Shown piece by piece: positions 12,026-26,100 of a DNA stretch of 64,000 bases. The translations under genes and the position numbers were made by a program. Positions within the stretch are counted from its first letter, which is position 1. Every line of letters starts with the position of its first letter. The notes under the pieces are model-generated. The model saw only the letters and a list, made by a program, of their open reading frames with translations, did not search any database and was not told the origin of the DNA. Source of the stretch: Phoronis australis (lineage: Eukaryota; Animalia; Phoronida); assembly GCA_002633005.1 (NCBI GenBank), contig NMRA01000727.1:102009-166008 (forward strand). The letters run 5' to 3'.

Positions 12026-13665
12026 TTAACAGGCGTTAACTAAATGTCGTTTTCGTGGATGCAATGAAGTCGCTCAGTAGAAGGAGGAAGGAATAGTCCT
12101 TTTATGGTGAGTCATGGCGCGTTATTCCTTTTTTGGGAAATGTTACGTAAATCACGACCACAAGTTTTTACTCTTACTCAAATCAACTTTTCAAGGATAT
12201 ATCATACTTCTAACGTGAATCTGACATATGGCATTGCACTCCCCCTATAGGTAAGTGACGAATCTCTGCGACTGTGGCCTGTGAAAGCCCCGCCCCGGAA
12301 AATCTCTGGAGTCGGTCATGGGATAAATTTCCCCGTGCATGTATAAGGGAACCAGAAGAAACAAAGCAAAGTTCACAAACGCAAAAACCTATAATATTGG
12401 CACTGCTTTAATTTTGATATTATGCCTGGAATTACTGCATGCCGGTAACCGTAGGGGGAGAAAACTTTGACCAAATGTCAATAAGATAATACACCGCGCT
12501 AGTGTTGGCTTAAATTTCCTTTCCATGAACGAAAATTCCTCGCCACAAGTGCTGGCTAACGCCTGTTGTACACACTCTTGGCGATTTTACTTCGCATACT
12601 GCATGCCACGCGACTTTGCACAGGCCTACACGCGGTGTTTACGAACTCTTGTCATATCACTTGTCCTGTCGTACTTGGACGACTTCTTAGCTCAGAACTG
12701 AGTTACGTCGTAGCCCTAGTCTTAACTCCCCGATTAGTTGTGCACTGTACGAAAACGTGGGTTTTAACTGATGAAAACTGAATATTATGCCTTCACAATA
12801 TAAAAAAACGACGTGTGTTTAATTTAATGTCCCGGGGATTTGTTGACCTTATTCTGTACACGAAACACCACAAACATTCCTGCATGCAGGGGGCGTAAAT
12901 CTGCTCGTAATCGCAGCTGAATAAAAACGGTGTACTTATATAGAGTTGAATGAGCTTTGTCTTGCAGAAAATCTGTGCAGTTTGCTGAATAATTAGTCGC
13001 TTGGACGTGCTTATGACTAAAGTTGGTAAGAATATCGGGGTCGTCTAAACTGTGATAATTCAGCTTGCTTTTGTAGAACACTCGGTTGTGAAGTTTTGAG
13101 GGTAAGTTTTGGTTTGGATGTTACGGTTATCACGCCCCGCGTTTAATCATTTTAAGCTTTCTTGGAATCACCTAAAAGGATTTTCTGTTATGAAAATATC
13201 AAGTAATTGTTGTGAGTAACACTACTGTAGTTCACTCAGTAATTCCTTATTTTCTTGTTTGAAACAGCAATCAAGTCCAAGACAGTAGATATTCTAAAAA
13301 TACTCCTTCCGTCCAAACAAAGTACAACGGGCTGTTTACTGTCCTGATTTGTTCACTCATGTCCTTTCGTTTGTACAAAGGATTAATACCTTTACAATTA
13401 TGTAGGACGAAACCAGGTTAGTTCGGTAGCAGCACTTCATTGACAAAAAACTTTGGTAAAACGCGACTGTACGAGTCTTTATTGATCAGTCGTGATAAAC
13501 CTGTGCTGAATGAGCAGCTCTCACAGTTGATGTGCACCTCACGATTGCCTTGTTCCATTAGGTCTGTGAGCTCCCTGCAGTGTGATATATTCCGACTCCC
13601 TGCGGATGGCCTTCTACCTTCTGTTAAGATTAATTTCACTCTTTACATTGTTCGCCTCAGCGGTC

Positions 13666-13738
13666 ATGTCACCTCTTGGACATAGCACTATTTTAATTGT
13701 TTGTCCGTTGTGTCTCTTGGTGTTTTGCTTCATAACTG
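13666..13738 (+). CDS. Candidate first coding (signal-peptide) exon of the alkaline phosphatase
   Basis: Acceptor TTGTTCGCCTCAG ends at 13660, ATG at 13666, hydrophobic MSPLGHSTILIVCPLCLLVFCFIT. The phase-1 end needed to join exon 14510 requires a non-canonical GC donor (G|GCATGC). Confidence 0.4.
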
Positions 13739-14509
13739 GCATGCCTGAAGATAGGAGATTATAATATAGAGACATACGAGCGAGTCACAGATATGTATTT
13801 AGCTGTTTTATAAATGTACCGCCGCCCGAAGTACATGTATGTGCATTCACCCACTACAACCGCTATTTTTGAAAGTAGGAAGAATCTGCAATCTATTTTT
13901 GATATTTGTTTCAGTTCCCCTAAAGAAATCTAACGCTGTCCTGCTCGCCTTCGCACAATAAGCAGTCCCATAATCATGGTGATGAATAAGCACGTGCTGA
14001 AATGTCTCATACTGGCTCTTTTGAATACCAGCAGCGTTGGTCTCCCTGGGATGGCAAAGCACAGGCCTATCGAACGTGAGTGTCTTCAGCTTAGTATGCG
14101 CAAGTATTTCAAAAGGCATATTTGATCTTTTAAAACGTACATTTGTTTTACACGCAATTCCCAAATGCTCATTTCTTATCTTGTCGGAATGTCCGCTTCT
14201 TGCGGTACCGTAACATGAGTGAATCATGCACCGCAATCAATTGTTATATAATATGCAATGTCTGTAATGTCATTAGGCAAATCGAATGCGACTCTGGCTC
14301 TAATTCAAATTCATGGGAAGAAAACTTTGATGCTCTGAACAGTTGCCATAGTAGAACGTCATGTCGATGACTCTGAATGCTTGAAGTGACAAAACATGCA
14401 TAGCTATTTTACTCTTTTTGCAGTCACATTACATTTGCGTATGATAAATCAAAATCGATTTATTGAAATGTCCATGTCTAAATCTCCTAAATGTTTTCCA
14501 ATAATATAG

Positions 14510-17500
14510 CTCAGGCATATTGGAAAGAAGCTGCACAAGACGAGTTGCACAAAATGCTTAACAGGAAGTTGAACACCAACGTTGCCAAGAACGTCATCTT
14601 GTTTGTCGGCGACGGCATGGGGCCAACAACTGTGACAGGTGGGAAAGTTTTCGGAAAAGATCGATTATAGTAATCCCGTCAGTTTGAGTAAGATGTATAT
14701 CTGAAACACTTCGCTTATTTTCGTAAATTTCTCCTCAAAGGCGAAAATATCCGCGCGCGCGCACTGCGGTCATACGGCAAGTGCCGGAGAGCGCTTCGTA
14801 GATCTGGCTTCCCACAAGAGAAAAAGGATCTCACGAAACTTTGCAAAATCACACAAGTGAAAAACGAGTGTTTCACGAGTATGTTCGGGAGTTTTCTAGA
14901 TTTTCAAGCAAAGGGACAGTCACTGACTGAAGTGAAACGTTGGCGTGGTTGGAGTTTTGAATTATGGGATTGTATTCATTTTCTCGCTATTTTTCTCCAG
15001 GAATGCAAGTTAATGTCTTTGTCTCTATTGAAGTGCACCCGGATTTAGTTCCGGAGAGGTCGAAATCCCGTGCAGAAAGCTAATGTGGTCACGTGCTTTG
15101 CTTGGATTTTTCGGCGTTATCTCGTGTAGTCTTGCGTGATCTGGCGTCTTCGCGAGGTAGCCTACCCGCGTGTACGGAACGCACGCCTGGGTCCAGTTCG
15201 ATATCCGTCTCGAGGCAGGAAAAACCCAGCTAAACTCATGCGTTCCCATTGAAAATACACTGTTACTGTATATGTCGCAAAATCTTGAGAGATCTCGTTT
15301 TTCTAGAGAGACTCTAGCGTTATTGAACTCTGACCACGGTGTGACTGAAGTTCTCCCATGTGCAAATGGAGTTCACCTCTACAGGGAAATTTGAAGCAAC
15401 AAAAGTAACCAAGTTGTACCAGATGAGTAAGCTCATTCAAAATGCTGTGCTTCACAGTTTAGCTAAGCTAGAGACATTTTACCGCTACTCCCAAATACAT
15501 TACCAGAAAACTGCGGGTAGAAAACTAACGGTGTTCCGTAATAGTTCGCTTACACTTACACGAAGATCCAATCAAACATCAATCGAGTGGGTTTATAGTA
15601 GTGTTATGGATATACAGTAATATCCTGTCAGTAATCAAAAAAACGTGGGCAGCACTCTACCAATTTCACGAGTGCTGCACGCAAGCAATGTTAGGTGTGT
15701 TGTGCATTTCTCGCTGGTAACGCCACCCCCGCCTTCTTTTCGAATTCATTGAAAAAACGGTTAAGTGAAAGCCCAAATTCAAAAGCACTGGAATTTCAGA
15801 CATTTTTCATAGCCATTAGTCATTGTTTGGCGGAAATTCTTTGCTTTACAAATTATCCCCCAAAAATGTCCGCCTCAGAGAAACAAAAACTCCGAAAAAA
15901 GTAGAAAACGAGAAAAAGTCCACTAAAAAGTCAGGAACTGCCAAAATTCGGCGAATGCACAATTCACAGCTCTGGGTGTACTCCGTGAATCTTGGTAAAG
16001 GGCCCACATTCTCAAAAATTTGAACCCCCAAATTTTTAGTCTGGGTGCGTGCATGTTTTCACCTGAATTGCTCTGCAACAAAGCTTCCATGTGTATAATG
16101 CCATCCAGATTGGCAGTGAGTGTCATCAATACTGGAAACTTCATGTTTCCTGTAATTTCCTGCAATCTCAAGGTTTACTCTTACTCACAAAGCACATGAT
16201 CTAAATCAATGACAACACCAGTTCACTATATGTAATATTACAGCGGCCAGAATTCTAAAGGGTCAGCTGCGTAATCGGACGGGAGAAGATGAGACACTGT
16301 TGTTTGAGACATTCCCGCATGTGGCGCTCAGCAAGGTAAGAACAGAGAGTTTGGTAAACGATTGTCTCGTAATATACATGTAGTTACACAAAACGCCGTA
16401 CGCAATAGCACTTATAATATAGTATAATACATGTAGGTGCACCAAAGTACAGATGTTAACAGAACACAGCTCTTCAAATCCAGTGACATGGTGCAGGGTA
16501 GTGCATTCGAAAACTGCTGTAGTGGTAAAAATAAGCCACAGTGCAGCGAGCACAGTTTTTAGGATAAGTCAAAAGAAAAAAATCAACTGGTGATGAGCCA
16601 TGGGAAGCTTATAAACCACTTTGGTGTCGTTTGGGAGGGGGGGGGTATTTGTGTTTTGATGTTTTTTATTTGATTTTTATTTTATTTTATAATCATACAT
16701 GGTGCAGATTTCTAAAAATTAAACTAGTCGGCTCGAATCTAACCGAAAAACAGCTCGTCCTTAAATCTCCTGATCTTTCATCTAGAAGTTGCATCAATTC
16801 CTGTGTGGCATTTTGCATGAGCCTATGTGCGAAAAAACGACCCTTTTCACTGAGGAAAAAATCACCACTTCAAATTTGAGTCGTTGTGCAAGATAACACA
16901 CGTGCAGCGTATGGGTGCATGACGATACTTAGGTCGAATGAAAGTGACTTGGCACAGCTTCTTTTTATCGATACACATGTATTTCTTTCAAATTTTCATA
17001 TCTATTTTGGTGTTTGCCTAATATGTGGGATTGTCAATTTTTTCCTTACAGCCGCCTAAATGGGTTACGTGATTGGACATGTACATACAGTGCATTCATC
17101 CACAACAATAAATTGGAGGTAGCCATGTTGAAATAATTTTGCTCATGCTCCGCAATTTCCGGGCTCATTATGATTTGCTAAAACGGAAACCGCGCCACCT
17201 TTTGCTCGATAATGTTATACAAGAAGGGCATTAAGTTTTACTGTTTTGCAAACGCATGACCAACTTAAAATACGGAGGATTTTCAAATATCAAATGCTTG
17301 AAGGCATAAATAACAACACTTGAAAAATGAAGTTGTCAGGGTTACTCGACGAACAGATTGGAGCTATGGCCCATGGCTAGCAACCATGCGAAATTGAAAT
17401 GTCAAAAAAACAGCCGCATGTAATCTATTAAATCCCACATAGCTTCAGTCCTGAAAGGATTTCTTTAGGGTCAAGGTAAGAAAATTTATGTCGTACATGT

Positions 17501-20500
17501 ACGTTAGTGGTGAGACAGCCACTAATCAATGGGATTTTCAAATAGACTCAAAGGCACAAAATTAAAACAAACATTCAAGTATTTGTCCAGCATGACCTTT
17601 TGTATTTTAATCCGATGCCCAATGGCAAATAAGCTTTGTTACTCTAAACGCAAATAGGATACATGCATTAAAAAATCAAACTGCGTGACCTAACATACAG
17701 CGTACATGTACATGTACATCATGCAGTTGCAATATACATGTACATGTACCGTACACTCGTCAAGGGTGAACGATGCCATTTGATTTCGAAATTAGATTTC
17801 ACGTGGCCCGGGTATTGCAGACATACAACACAGACGCCCAGGTAGCAGATTCAGCAGGTACGGCTACAGCTTTCCTTTGTGGCGTCAAGACAAGGTACAG
17901 TGTGGTTGGCGTGGACGACACGGTCACCCGAGGTGACTGTGATTCCCAACAGGGGGCAGAAGTGTCCTCAATACTCGATTGGTCAATAAAAGAAGGTAAA
18001 TCTTAAAAGTTGCAATTGCAAATTATTCACAATATTGAAGTCCAGCGAACGCAATTGTTTACGAAAATGTTAAAAAGTGAATCTACATTATTAATAACCC
18101 AAATATTAATTTGTTACATAATTTGGAGATTCTCAAAAAGAATGCAAAGATAAAGAACTCGGACCCTCCGGAATGCGTTGCCATTGAACAAAAATGTATA
18201 AAAACAACAACAAAAACACTGCAAGTGGTCTAATGTCATTTGCGGTACATCAAACGTGTGCAGACCTCAAAATTGGGCCCATTGCACCAAACATATGAGT
18301 TAAAAACAGACAAGAGCCCCGTTATCGTTCTTCGTGAAGGAAGTTTTCAAGTCTGTGTGTCGGACAGACTAAAAAGATGTTTACGTGTAAATTTGGATGA
18401 ATGCCTGACTAAATTCTTAACAGCAATTGTGACAATCTATATTCTAAAATCTTTGTCTCTATCCGGTAGCAATCTTTTGAATAATTATTTCCTTGTTTAA
18501 TGTTACACTTCATTGGTTGACAAATATGTTAACCCGTTAGCCAGTTAGTCCATGAAGGGTTACATTATAACACTCTGTTATTTTCTGACATGTGTGCATT
18601 GATTGTTAGAACTAAAAACGCTGTCTTTTAAACATGTACTGTGTGCAAAACAATAATTATTTATCTGGCATAACCATGCAGAAAGACGTCTCAGCTGATG
18701 AAAGACTTTTTAATGGTATGACTCCTACAAAATTAGGCTGAAAAACGGCGGAGTGACAGTCAAGAATGTGATTTTTTCCATTAACCCGGAGTTAAGTATT
18801 TGTGTTTATTTGTCCTCGTTACTTGATTTTTGGTATTGTTTTAGAGCTCAGGGGGTGTGCTTGGTCTTGTGGATATTATACTTTACCGAGACTACGTATT
18901 TACCTTAAGCCCATCAATCAGTAATATTTTCATGTATTACCCAGGGGCGGATCCAGGATTTTGAGTTGGGGGCAGGGCAGAGTATTAGCCTGGATTTTGT
19001 CCGTCAGACGTTCGCACCTCCGAACTGCCAAATGCAATCTGGGAGAAATCCAGGGGTCATGGCCCCCTTGGCCCCCCTCTAAATCCGCCACTGTTACCCT
19101 CGGTCTTCTTCTTCTCGAAACGCGGAATCGCAACCAGAGGACCCTCCGTTTAAAAATGTCTGGGGCTACTAGACTGCAAAATACTCCATAAATATTGAGA
19201 TGATATATTTGTTCCGAAGAAGTTTTTTGTAATAACAATTCTAAACTTGCTTCGGGTGTACAAAACAAACATTCCACCTTAAGCCATTTATTCTAGAACA
19301 AAGATACAACAACTGGGTAAACGAATGCAAACTAATCCCAAGAATCTGCGGCACAACCTTCTGTACATGTACATGTAAGCTGAAGTAGAATGTGAGCACT
19401 CCTCTCAAACCAGCGGCCCACTCTCATAGTCAAGCGCCACAATGGAAATGATATTGTTAAAGGCGAAGGCAACCTTTTTCCATGTCATTTTGAGCTAAAA
19501 TAAGGTTGGTTGGTTATCCTAGACATATTTTTCACTTAATTACAGCTTTTCGTAATTTTATTAATTATTCGTCCGCTTTTCCGGAAGTGACGTTTTAGGA
19601 GGCAAGCGCTTCCCGCCAATTTCTTTTCACATAGTCTGACTGTGAGAGCTGCCGAGTCAGTCATTGTTCTACCTCGGTTGTGTTAAGTTCNNNNNNNNNN
19701 NNNNNNNNNNNNNNNNNNNNNNNNNNNNNNNNNNNNNNNNNNNNNNNNNNNNNNNNNNNNNNNNNNNNNNNNNNNNNNNNNNNNNNNNNNNNNNNNNNNN
19801 NNNNNNNNNNNNNNNNNNNNNNNNNNNNNNNNNNNNNNNNNNNNNNNNNNNNNNNNNNNNNNNNNNNNNNNNNNNNNNNNNNNNNNNNNNNNNNNNNNNN
19901 NNNNNNNNNNNNNNNNNNNNNNNNNNNNNNNNNNNNNNNNNNNNNNNNNNNNNNNNNNNNNNNNNNNNNNNNNNNNNNNNNNNNNNNNNNNNNNNNNNNN
20001 NNNNNNNNNNNNNNNNNNNNNNNNNNNNNNNNNNNNNNNNNNNNNNNNNNNNNNNNNNNNNNNNNNNNNNNNNNNNNNNNNNNNNNNNNNNNNNNNNNNN
20101 NNNNNNNNNNNNNNNNNNNNNNNNNNNNNNNNNNNNNNNNNNNNNNNNNNNNNNNNNNNNNNNNNNNNNNNNNNNNNNNNNNNNNNNNNNNNNNNNNNNN
20201 NNNNNNNNNNNNNNNNNNNNNNNNNNNNNNNNNNNNNNNNNNNNNNNNNNNNNNNNNNNNNNNNNNNNNNNNNNNNNNNNNNNNNNNNNNNNNNNNNNNN
20301 NNNNNNNNNNNNNNNNNNNNNNNNNNNNNNNNNNNNNNNNNNNNNNNNNNNNNNNNNNNNNNNNNNNNNNNNNNNNNNNNNNNNNNNNNNNNNNNNNNNN
20401 NNNNNNNNNNNNNNNNNNNNNNNNNNNNNNNNNNNNNNNNNNNNNNNNNNNNNNNNNNNNNNNNNNNNNNNNNNNNNNNNNNNNNNNNNNNNNNNNNNNN

Positions 20501-23074
20501 NNNNNNNNNNNNNNNNNNNNNNNNNNNNNNNNNNNNNNNNNNNNNNNNNNNNNNNNNNNNNNNNNNNNNNNNNNNNNNNNNNNNNNNNNNNNGAAGCGCT
20601 TGCCTCCTAAAACGTCACTTCCGGAAAAGCGGACGAGTAATTAATAAAATTACGAAAAGCTGTAATTAAGTGAAAAATATGTCTAGGATAACCAACCAAC
20701 CTTATTTTAGCTCAAAATGACATGGAAAAAGGTTGCCTTCGCCTTTAAGGAATTGAGAAATTGGGGGGATAGGTATGAGGTTGCACGAAAATTGCAGCGA
20801 CGTGCTAAATTTTTGTACTGCCAGGGTGTTCATTTATGCTTCATGAACCTTTTATTGCTGATGACCGCAAAAAAACTTAACCAGATAGCGCTTCGGTCGT
20901 AGGAAAGTCTGTTGGCTTTGTAACAACCACTCGAGTGACGCATGCCACACCGTCGCCCTTGTACGCCCATTCAGCAGACAGAGACTGGGAATATGAAGTT
21001 CCGAGTAACGCCAAAGGAAAGTGTAAAGACATAGCTATGCAATTTCTTGACAGAGCAGCAGATATTCAGGTAATTTTTTTCTGTCCTGCAGCACTGCTAA
21101 AAACAGTGATGTTGGCGTTTATACCATTCAATTTTATGAAGAATCCCAGCCATCCGTGAAGTTGGTATCCGCAGGCACTATGAAAATGGTATGTTTTGCT
21201 TGTAAGCAAGGCGTCCCAAACTGTACACAGACTTCAGTACTTTTACTCAGATTATGCACCCGGGCCGATTATACATGTACAATTACACCATGTGGTTATG
21301 CCTTGGAATGAAAGCCAGTTCACGAATGTATTCTTGTTGAAGTCAGCAAAGAACTCATTTCTTGTCATTTAAGGTGTGAGTACATTTTTGAGACACCCTG
21401 TATACATACATTTGCGACTAAATTATATTAAGTAACTCATGTTTAATGTGTACAGCCAACGCGAACTGATAAGTAACACACTTACTGTTGCCTTTCTGTT
21501 CACATGATTTCTGGCCATTTTTGTCACACCATTTCTTATTTCACTAGTTTAGAACATATAATCTCGCCAAAGGAAAACACATCACTTCAGTAGGATCTAT
21601 TTGTGAATGACAGTACATCCCGTCTTGTTTTTACGTTTTTACTACCGATTCGTCTACTGGTGAAAGGGAGATTAGGAACCATTTAAATGTGGCGGCCATT
21701 TTGTTGATGCGTCAACAGACAGTCGAAAAATCAACTGAAAAACAGTTCTGTATTAGCTTATAAGATTTATAAGAAATCACGCTTGAGGAGCATCTTGAGA
21801 ACATTTTTTTGATTAATTAGGTATTACGATAGATTACATTTTTATTTAGACTAAACTGGTGCGGTAAGAGTACCACGATAACCTCCACAAGCCACCATTT
21901 ACTTCACAACGTTGCTGTATTCTTATTCTTTGTTTGAAATCAAATCGGTGTCAACATGTTCACGTCACCGGGAAAATTTCTGAAGGTCAAAGTGCTTCAG
22001 CTGCTGGAATTAAGTAACATGGTCAGAACTAATAAAGGTGTGCCTTGTTATTCTCAGACCTAGACGTGATTTCTAATCTGAGTAAGGAACACGATATGAG
22101 ATAAATCAAAATTTTGCTTTGACAAAAGGGGTCGCTTTATTGCGCCTTGAGGAAGTTCACACCAATGACAACCCAAGACTACAAAAGCACTGTAGTTCAT
22201 GGGCGGCGCAGCACTGAAAAGTGGGGGGATAAAGCCCCTTCAGCCCCCTGTGGTGCACCACCTACAGACTGTGTGCGGCGTAGCACTGAAAAAAGTGCGG
22301 GGGGGGCTGTAGCCCCCAGCCCCCTATGGTGCGCCGCCCATGTAGTTACGCATTTGGTTAGTGCTGGCAATAGCGAAAATGTATTAAACGATTTTCCAAG
22401 CGGAACGTGAATTATCTTTAACATGTAAATGCAGTTTCGTGCATTTGCGTTCAGGTGGCACTTGGAGGCGGGCGGCGTAACTTTATGCCAAATAACGCGT
22501 CGGATCCCGAATATCCGAGTAAAACTGGTAAACGTACAGACGGCAGGGACCTCATTGAAGAATGGAAAAGGAAGATGGCGGGCAAGAAAATAAGATACGT
22601 GTGGAACATCACTGATTTCGACTCAGTTCACAGTGAAAATACAGACCACTTGCTTGGTAAGTCGAAAACATTTGGATCGTCGTGTATAGAACGGGCTTTC
22701 TTTTCTATTGGAGAGACAAAGGGTCAGAAGCTGTGACAATGTCTTACGGGGTGTGCCATTCAGGATATTGACCGGGCTGATGTAAAACTTTGTTTCGAAA
22801 CATTGTTTGTTGTGTTGCCAGTTTCCTATCTGCTAATGAATGGCTTCAATTTATCCTCGGATCTGTCTATTCGGACAAAGCTGAAAATCAATCAAACTAC
22901 TGGTCATGGTTTTACTTTTTTCTACGTCATATTTCCAGGACTATTTGAACCTTCTCATATGCAATACGAAGCAGAAAGAGCCAGCGATCCTGGTGGTGAA
23001 CCATCTCTAGCGCAGATGGTTCGTAAAGCGATCACCATTCTGCAGAATACGAATGGATTTTTCCTCATGGTAGA

Positions 23075-23110
<36 letters not shown>

Positions 23111-26100
23111 ATTACTACAGTCTCTCCAAACAGAGAGAGACTTTTCAAAGATACACGTCTCTCTACAAGGATTTGCCATTCTGGGCAGACTCCAAGATAC
23201 TTGGGACCTATTCTCTGTACTCGTAACTAGACTCGAAAATTGGCTAATTGCATGACACACTTCAAGTTAACGTATACCATTGTACTAAAATAATATAAAG
23301 TGATTGGTTAAGTTTCAAGTTCGAGTCAGACTTCAGTCGGAGTTCTAACCCAGAAAGCGCCGGGGTTGTCGAGTTGCAACGAAATGAGACCATATCTCCA
23401 CTAGTCCTCACAAAGGATGCAAACATCCATATTAACTACTTTTCCGTATTTGCTTCTCTAATTTCACAAGAGCATACACATGCAGCTGCTATTTCAGTTT
23501 CGAATAGGTGCCTTTTTTACCGATTCAAAGTTTCAATTTTAAACATTATGGAAAATATTTGCAGAATCCATCGTTTTTTTCAATTTCGATCCCTAGTCGT
23601 GCAACAGACGGAGTGAGTCCTTTGAAACGGATAAAATACGTTCACAGAGTGATTATTAATAACAACTGAATATTTGCTCGCTTGTACTTGTAGCCAAGAT
23701 GAAGACAAATCACGGTGGCAAAGTATTGTTTAATTTGCGACGTCCATGCGACGTGCTGAGCGCGTCGCATGGTTATCGCCTATGGGACACTACCATTATT
23801 TTCTTTTGTTGCGTCTTTGTTGGATATAACAATACAGGCCACATGGACATTATACCTTGCGCACACATCAGCCAGTTACCGATAATGCTTGCCATTATAT
23901 TTATTTAAACAAACAAAAACAAATTGACCAATGGATACGCCAATCTACCGATCTTTATGCAACCAGCTTGCGACCTAGTTTCCCGCGTGAGCCTGTCTAC
24001 TAGCTCAAATTGTTTACCTTCCGTATCGTTGTTAGCGGAACCTGGGAAAGCACTGCCTTCCCACGTCCTGCCTGGCATTTTATTTTCGCAGGAGGAAGAA
24101 TCGACCATGGTCATCACGACAACAAGGCAGGGTTGGCGCTCTACGACACACTTGCGTTCGAGGACGCTGTCACCGTGGCAACGCAAATGACTGACGAATC
24201 AAATACATTGGTCGTTGTAACTGGAGACCACTCTCATGTGATGACACTCGGTGGCTATTCGAGGCGGGGAAATCCTATTTTGGGTTCGTATACCTAACTA
24301 TGAAAACAAGGAAATTGAAACAACTGCCGCAGTTTGAATAGCTGATGTCGACTCCCTCTGTAAAACACTATTGTCAAGGGAATCAGGCGGAGGAACAACG
24401 TGCCCGATAAATAACAAAGCAGACCAATATGGACACTCTCCCAATGGATGCATTCAGATATTACCTGTCTGTAATACGGTCCCCAAAAATCAGACAAATA
24501 ACGAGGGCTACATAGATTTCGACCAAAGTGTTCCTCAGATGTCTTGTCGAAATAATAGTATATTAATTTTTCAATTCGGGCTTCTATCTTGAATTTGTAT
24601 ATTCTTGATGCAAAATAGGGACAGTCGAAAATTGCCAAACAAGGACATATTAGTAAACTCTCAGATTTTTCGTATACGACTCCATGTACGACTTTTGGAA
24701 CCTGTCTATACATACTGATTATTGTGTTCGACTTCGTTTACGACATTTTAGCCAGAAAAATCGTGTCGTAACACCTGCCTACATGTAAACTTTATGATTA
24801 GCGCACGACTGTCGTGCACGGAGTCGTGCACGCAATATTGGAGCGTGTAGACAAAGCTTAAGAAATACGGAGTCATGCAGCTTTCACCGCACCTGATGTT
24901 TGATGAAAAAAGAAATTGCTTTAAGTGGCACTACAAACACGTTAGGCCGTCAGTCTTTGAAAAAATACATTTTGATGGCATTGTCTGTTTTTACTGGCAA
25001 CTTTCTTCGTTTTTCATGTTTTTAAAGATATGCTTTGGAATGTTTACAAACCACACAGTGGTTCTGTTGAACATCTCCATAACTCAGTTGAAGCGGAAAT
25101 AAACCTTGGGTCTTTGTCAAAAACCAAGTTTACATTGATTGTAGACCACTTGACATGAAATTGGGCTCACATTGTTCCTTTGCAAAATGGTTATTTGAGC
25201 CCTTCGAAGGGGTTTACGTTTTGCTTTTGCTTGAGGTCTGTCAGTTCCTCCTTAGACCAGAAATCACTTTTTAAGTTGTATTTGCATGCTCCTAACTATG
25301 CTACTGTATAGCAGGAACTAAACGACAATGCAACTTGAACACCAACTACGCTAAACAAAGTGCAATTTTATTCGTTGAAAACTTGTAAACCAGAAAACAA
25401 AAAATCTGCAAATAGGTGACCTTTGCACTATTGACGTACATTGGGGGCTCCCACAACCTGCATCAGTGTTATTCCCCAACACCACGTCACGATACTAATT
25501 GGACACGGTTGATTGATTTACGACGTATCATTTTTGACACAAAACTCGATCTTGGAAATTTTCATCCTACTTCATAATCACATCGTCCCAATAAGATGTG
25601 TTTGTAACTAATATGATCAAGACATGACAGAGATAAAGAATGGTGTTCAAGTTACACTTTGCACCGAGTAATGAACGTGCGATGAGATCAATTGTGTAAC
25701 GGTACTTGGCCCAAGTCAAATTTGTTTTTGACAGAAAGCACCACTTCAACAACGCTTTAAAGAAGACATTTTCAACTCACATTTTTTAATAGATGATGCG
25801 CTCACTGTAAATTGCTGTACGATACTATATAAATGTGCACAGCTGTGTAAAACCCATTCCATACATATAGGTACATTAACATGTTTTTTTCTGCTAAAGG
25901 TCTTGTGGAAACGGTTGATCCTAAGTGGGCCACTGCCGTCGACCGGATGCCATATACAGTGCTGGCTTACGGTAATGGACCAGGTTTTAACCACTCGGCC
26001 TCCAAGTTTGGTAGGGAAAACCTCACAGGCGTCGATACAGGTTAGACAATTTCCAGAGAGGTATGTGCATGTAGACTGCCTCGAGACAAATTCGCCTATA

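Noticed and set aside
19664-20669. Long ORFs of 180-330 aa (also 2848-3384, 57657-58338, 60367-61296)
   Set aside because: Artefacts of N runs or low-complexity tracts; no real coding signal. Only the end of 57657-58310 overlaps a true SLC6 exon.
19461-20744. piggyBac assignment based on the TTAA TSD
   Set aside because: Termini begin AGG rather than CC, and sister copies carry THAP and KolX-like remnants, which fits Kolobok.
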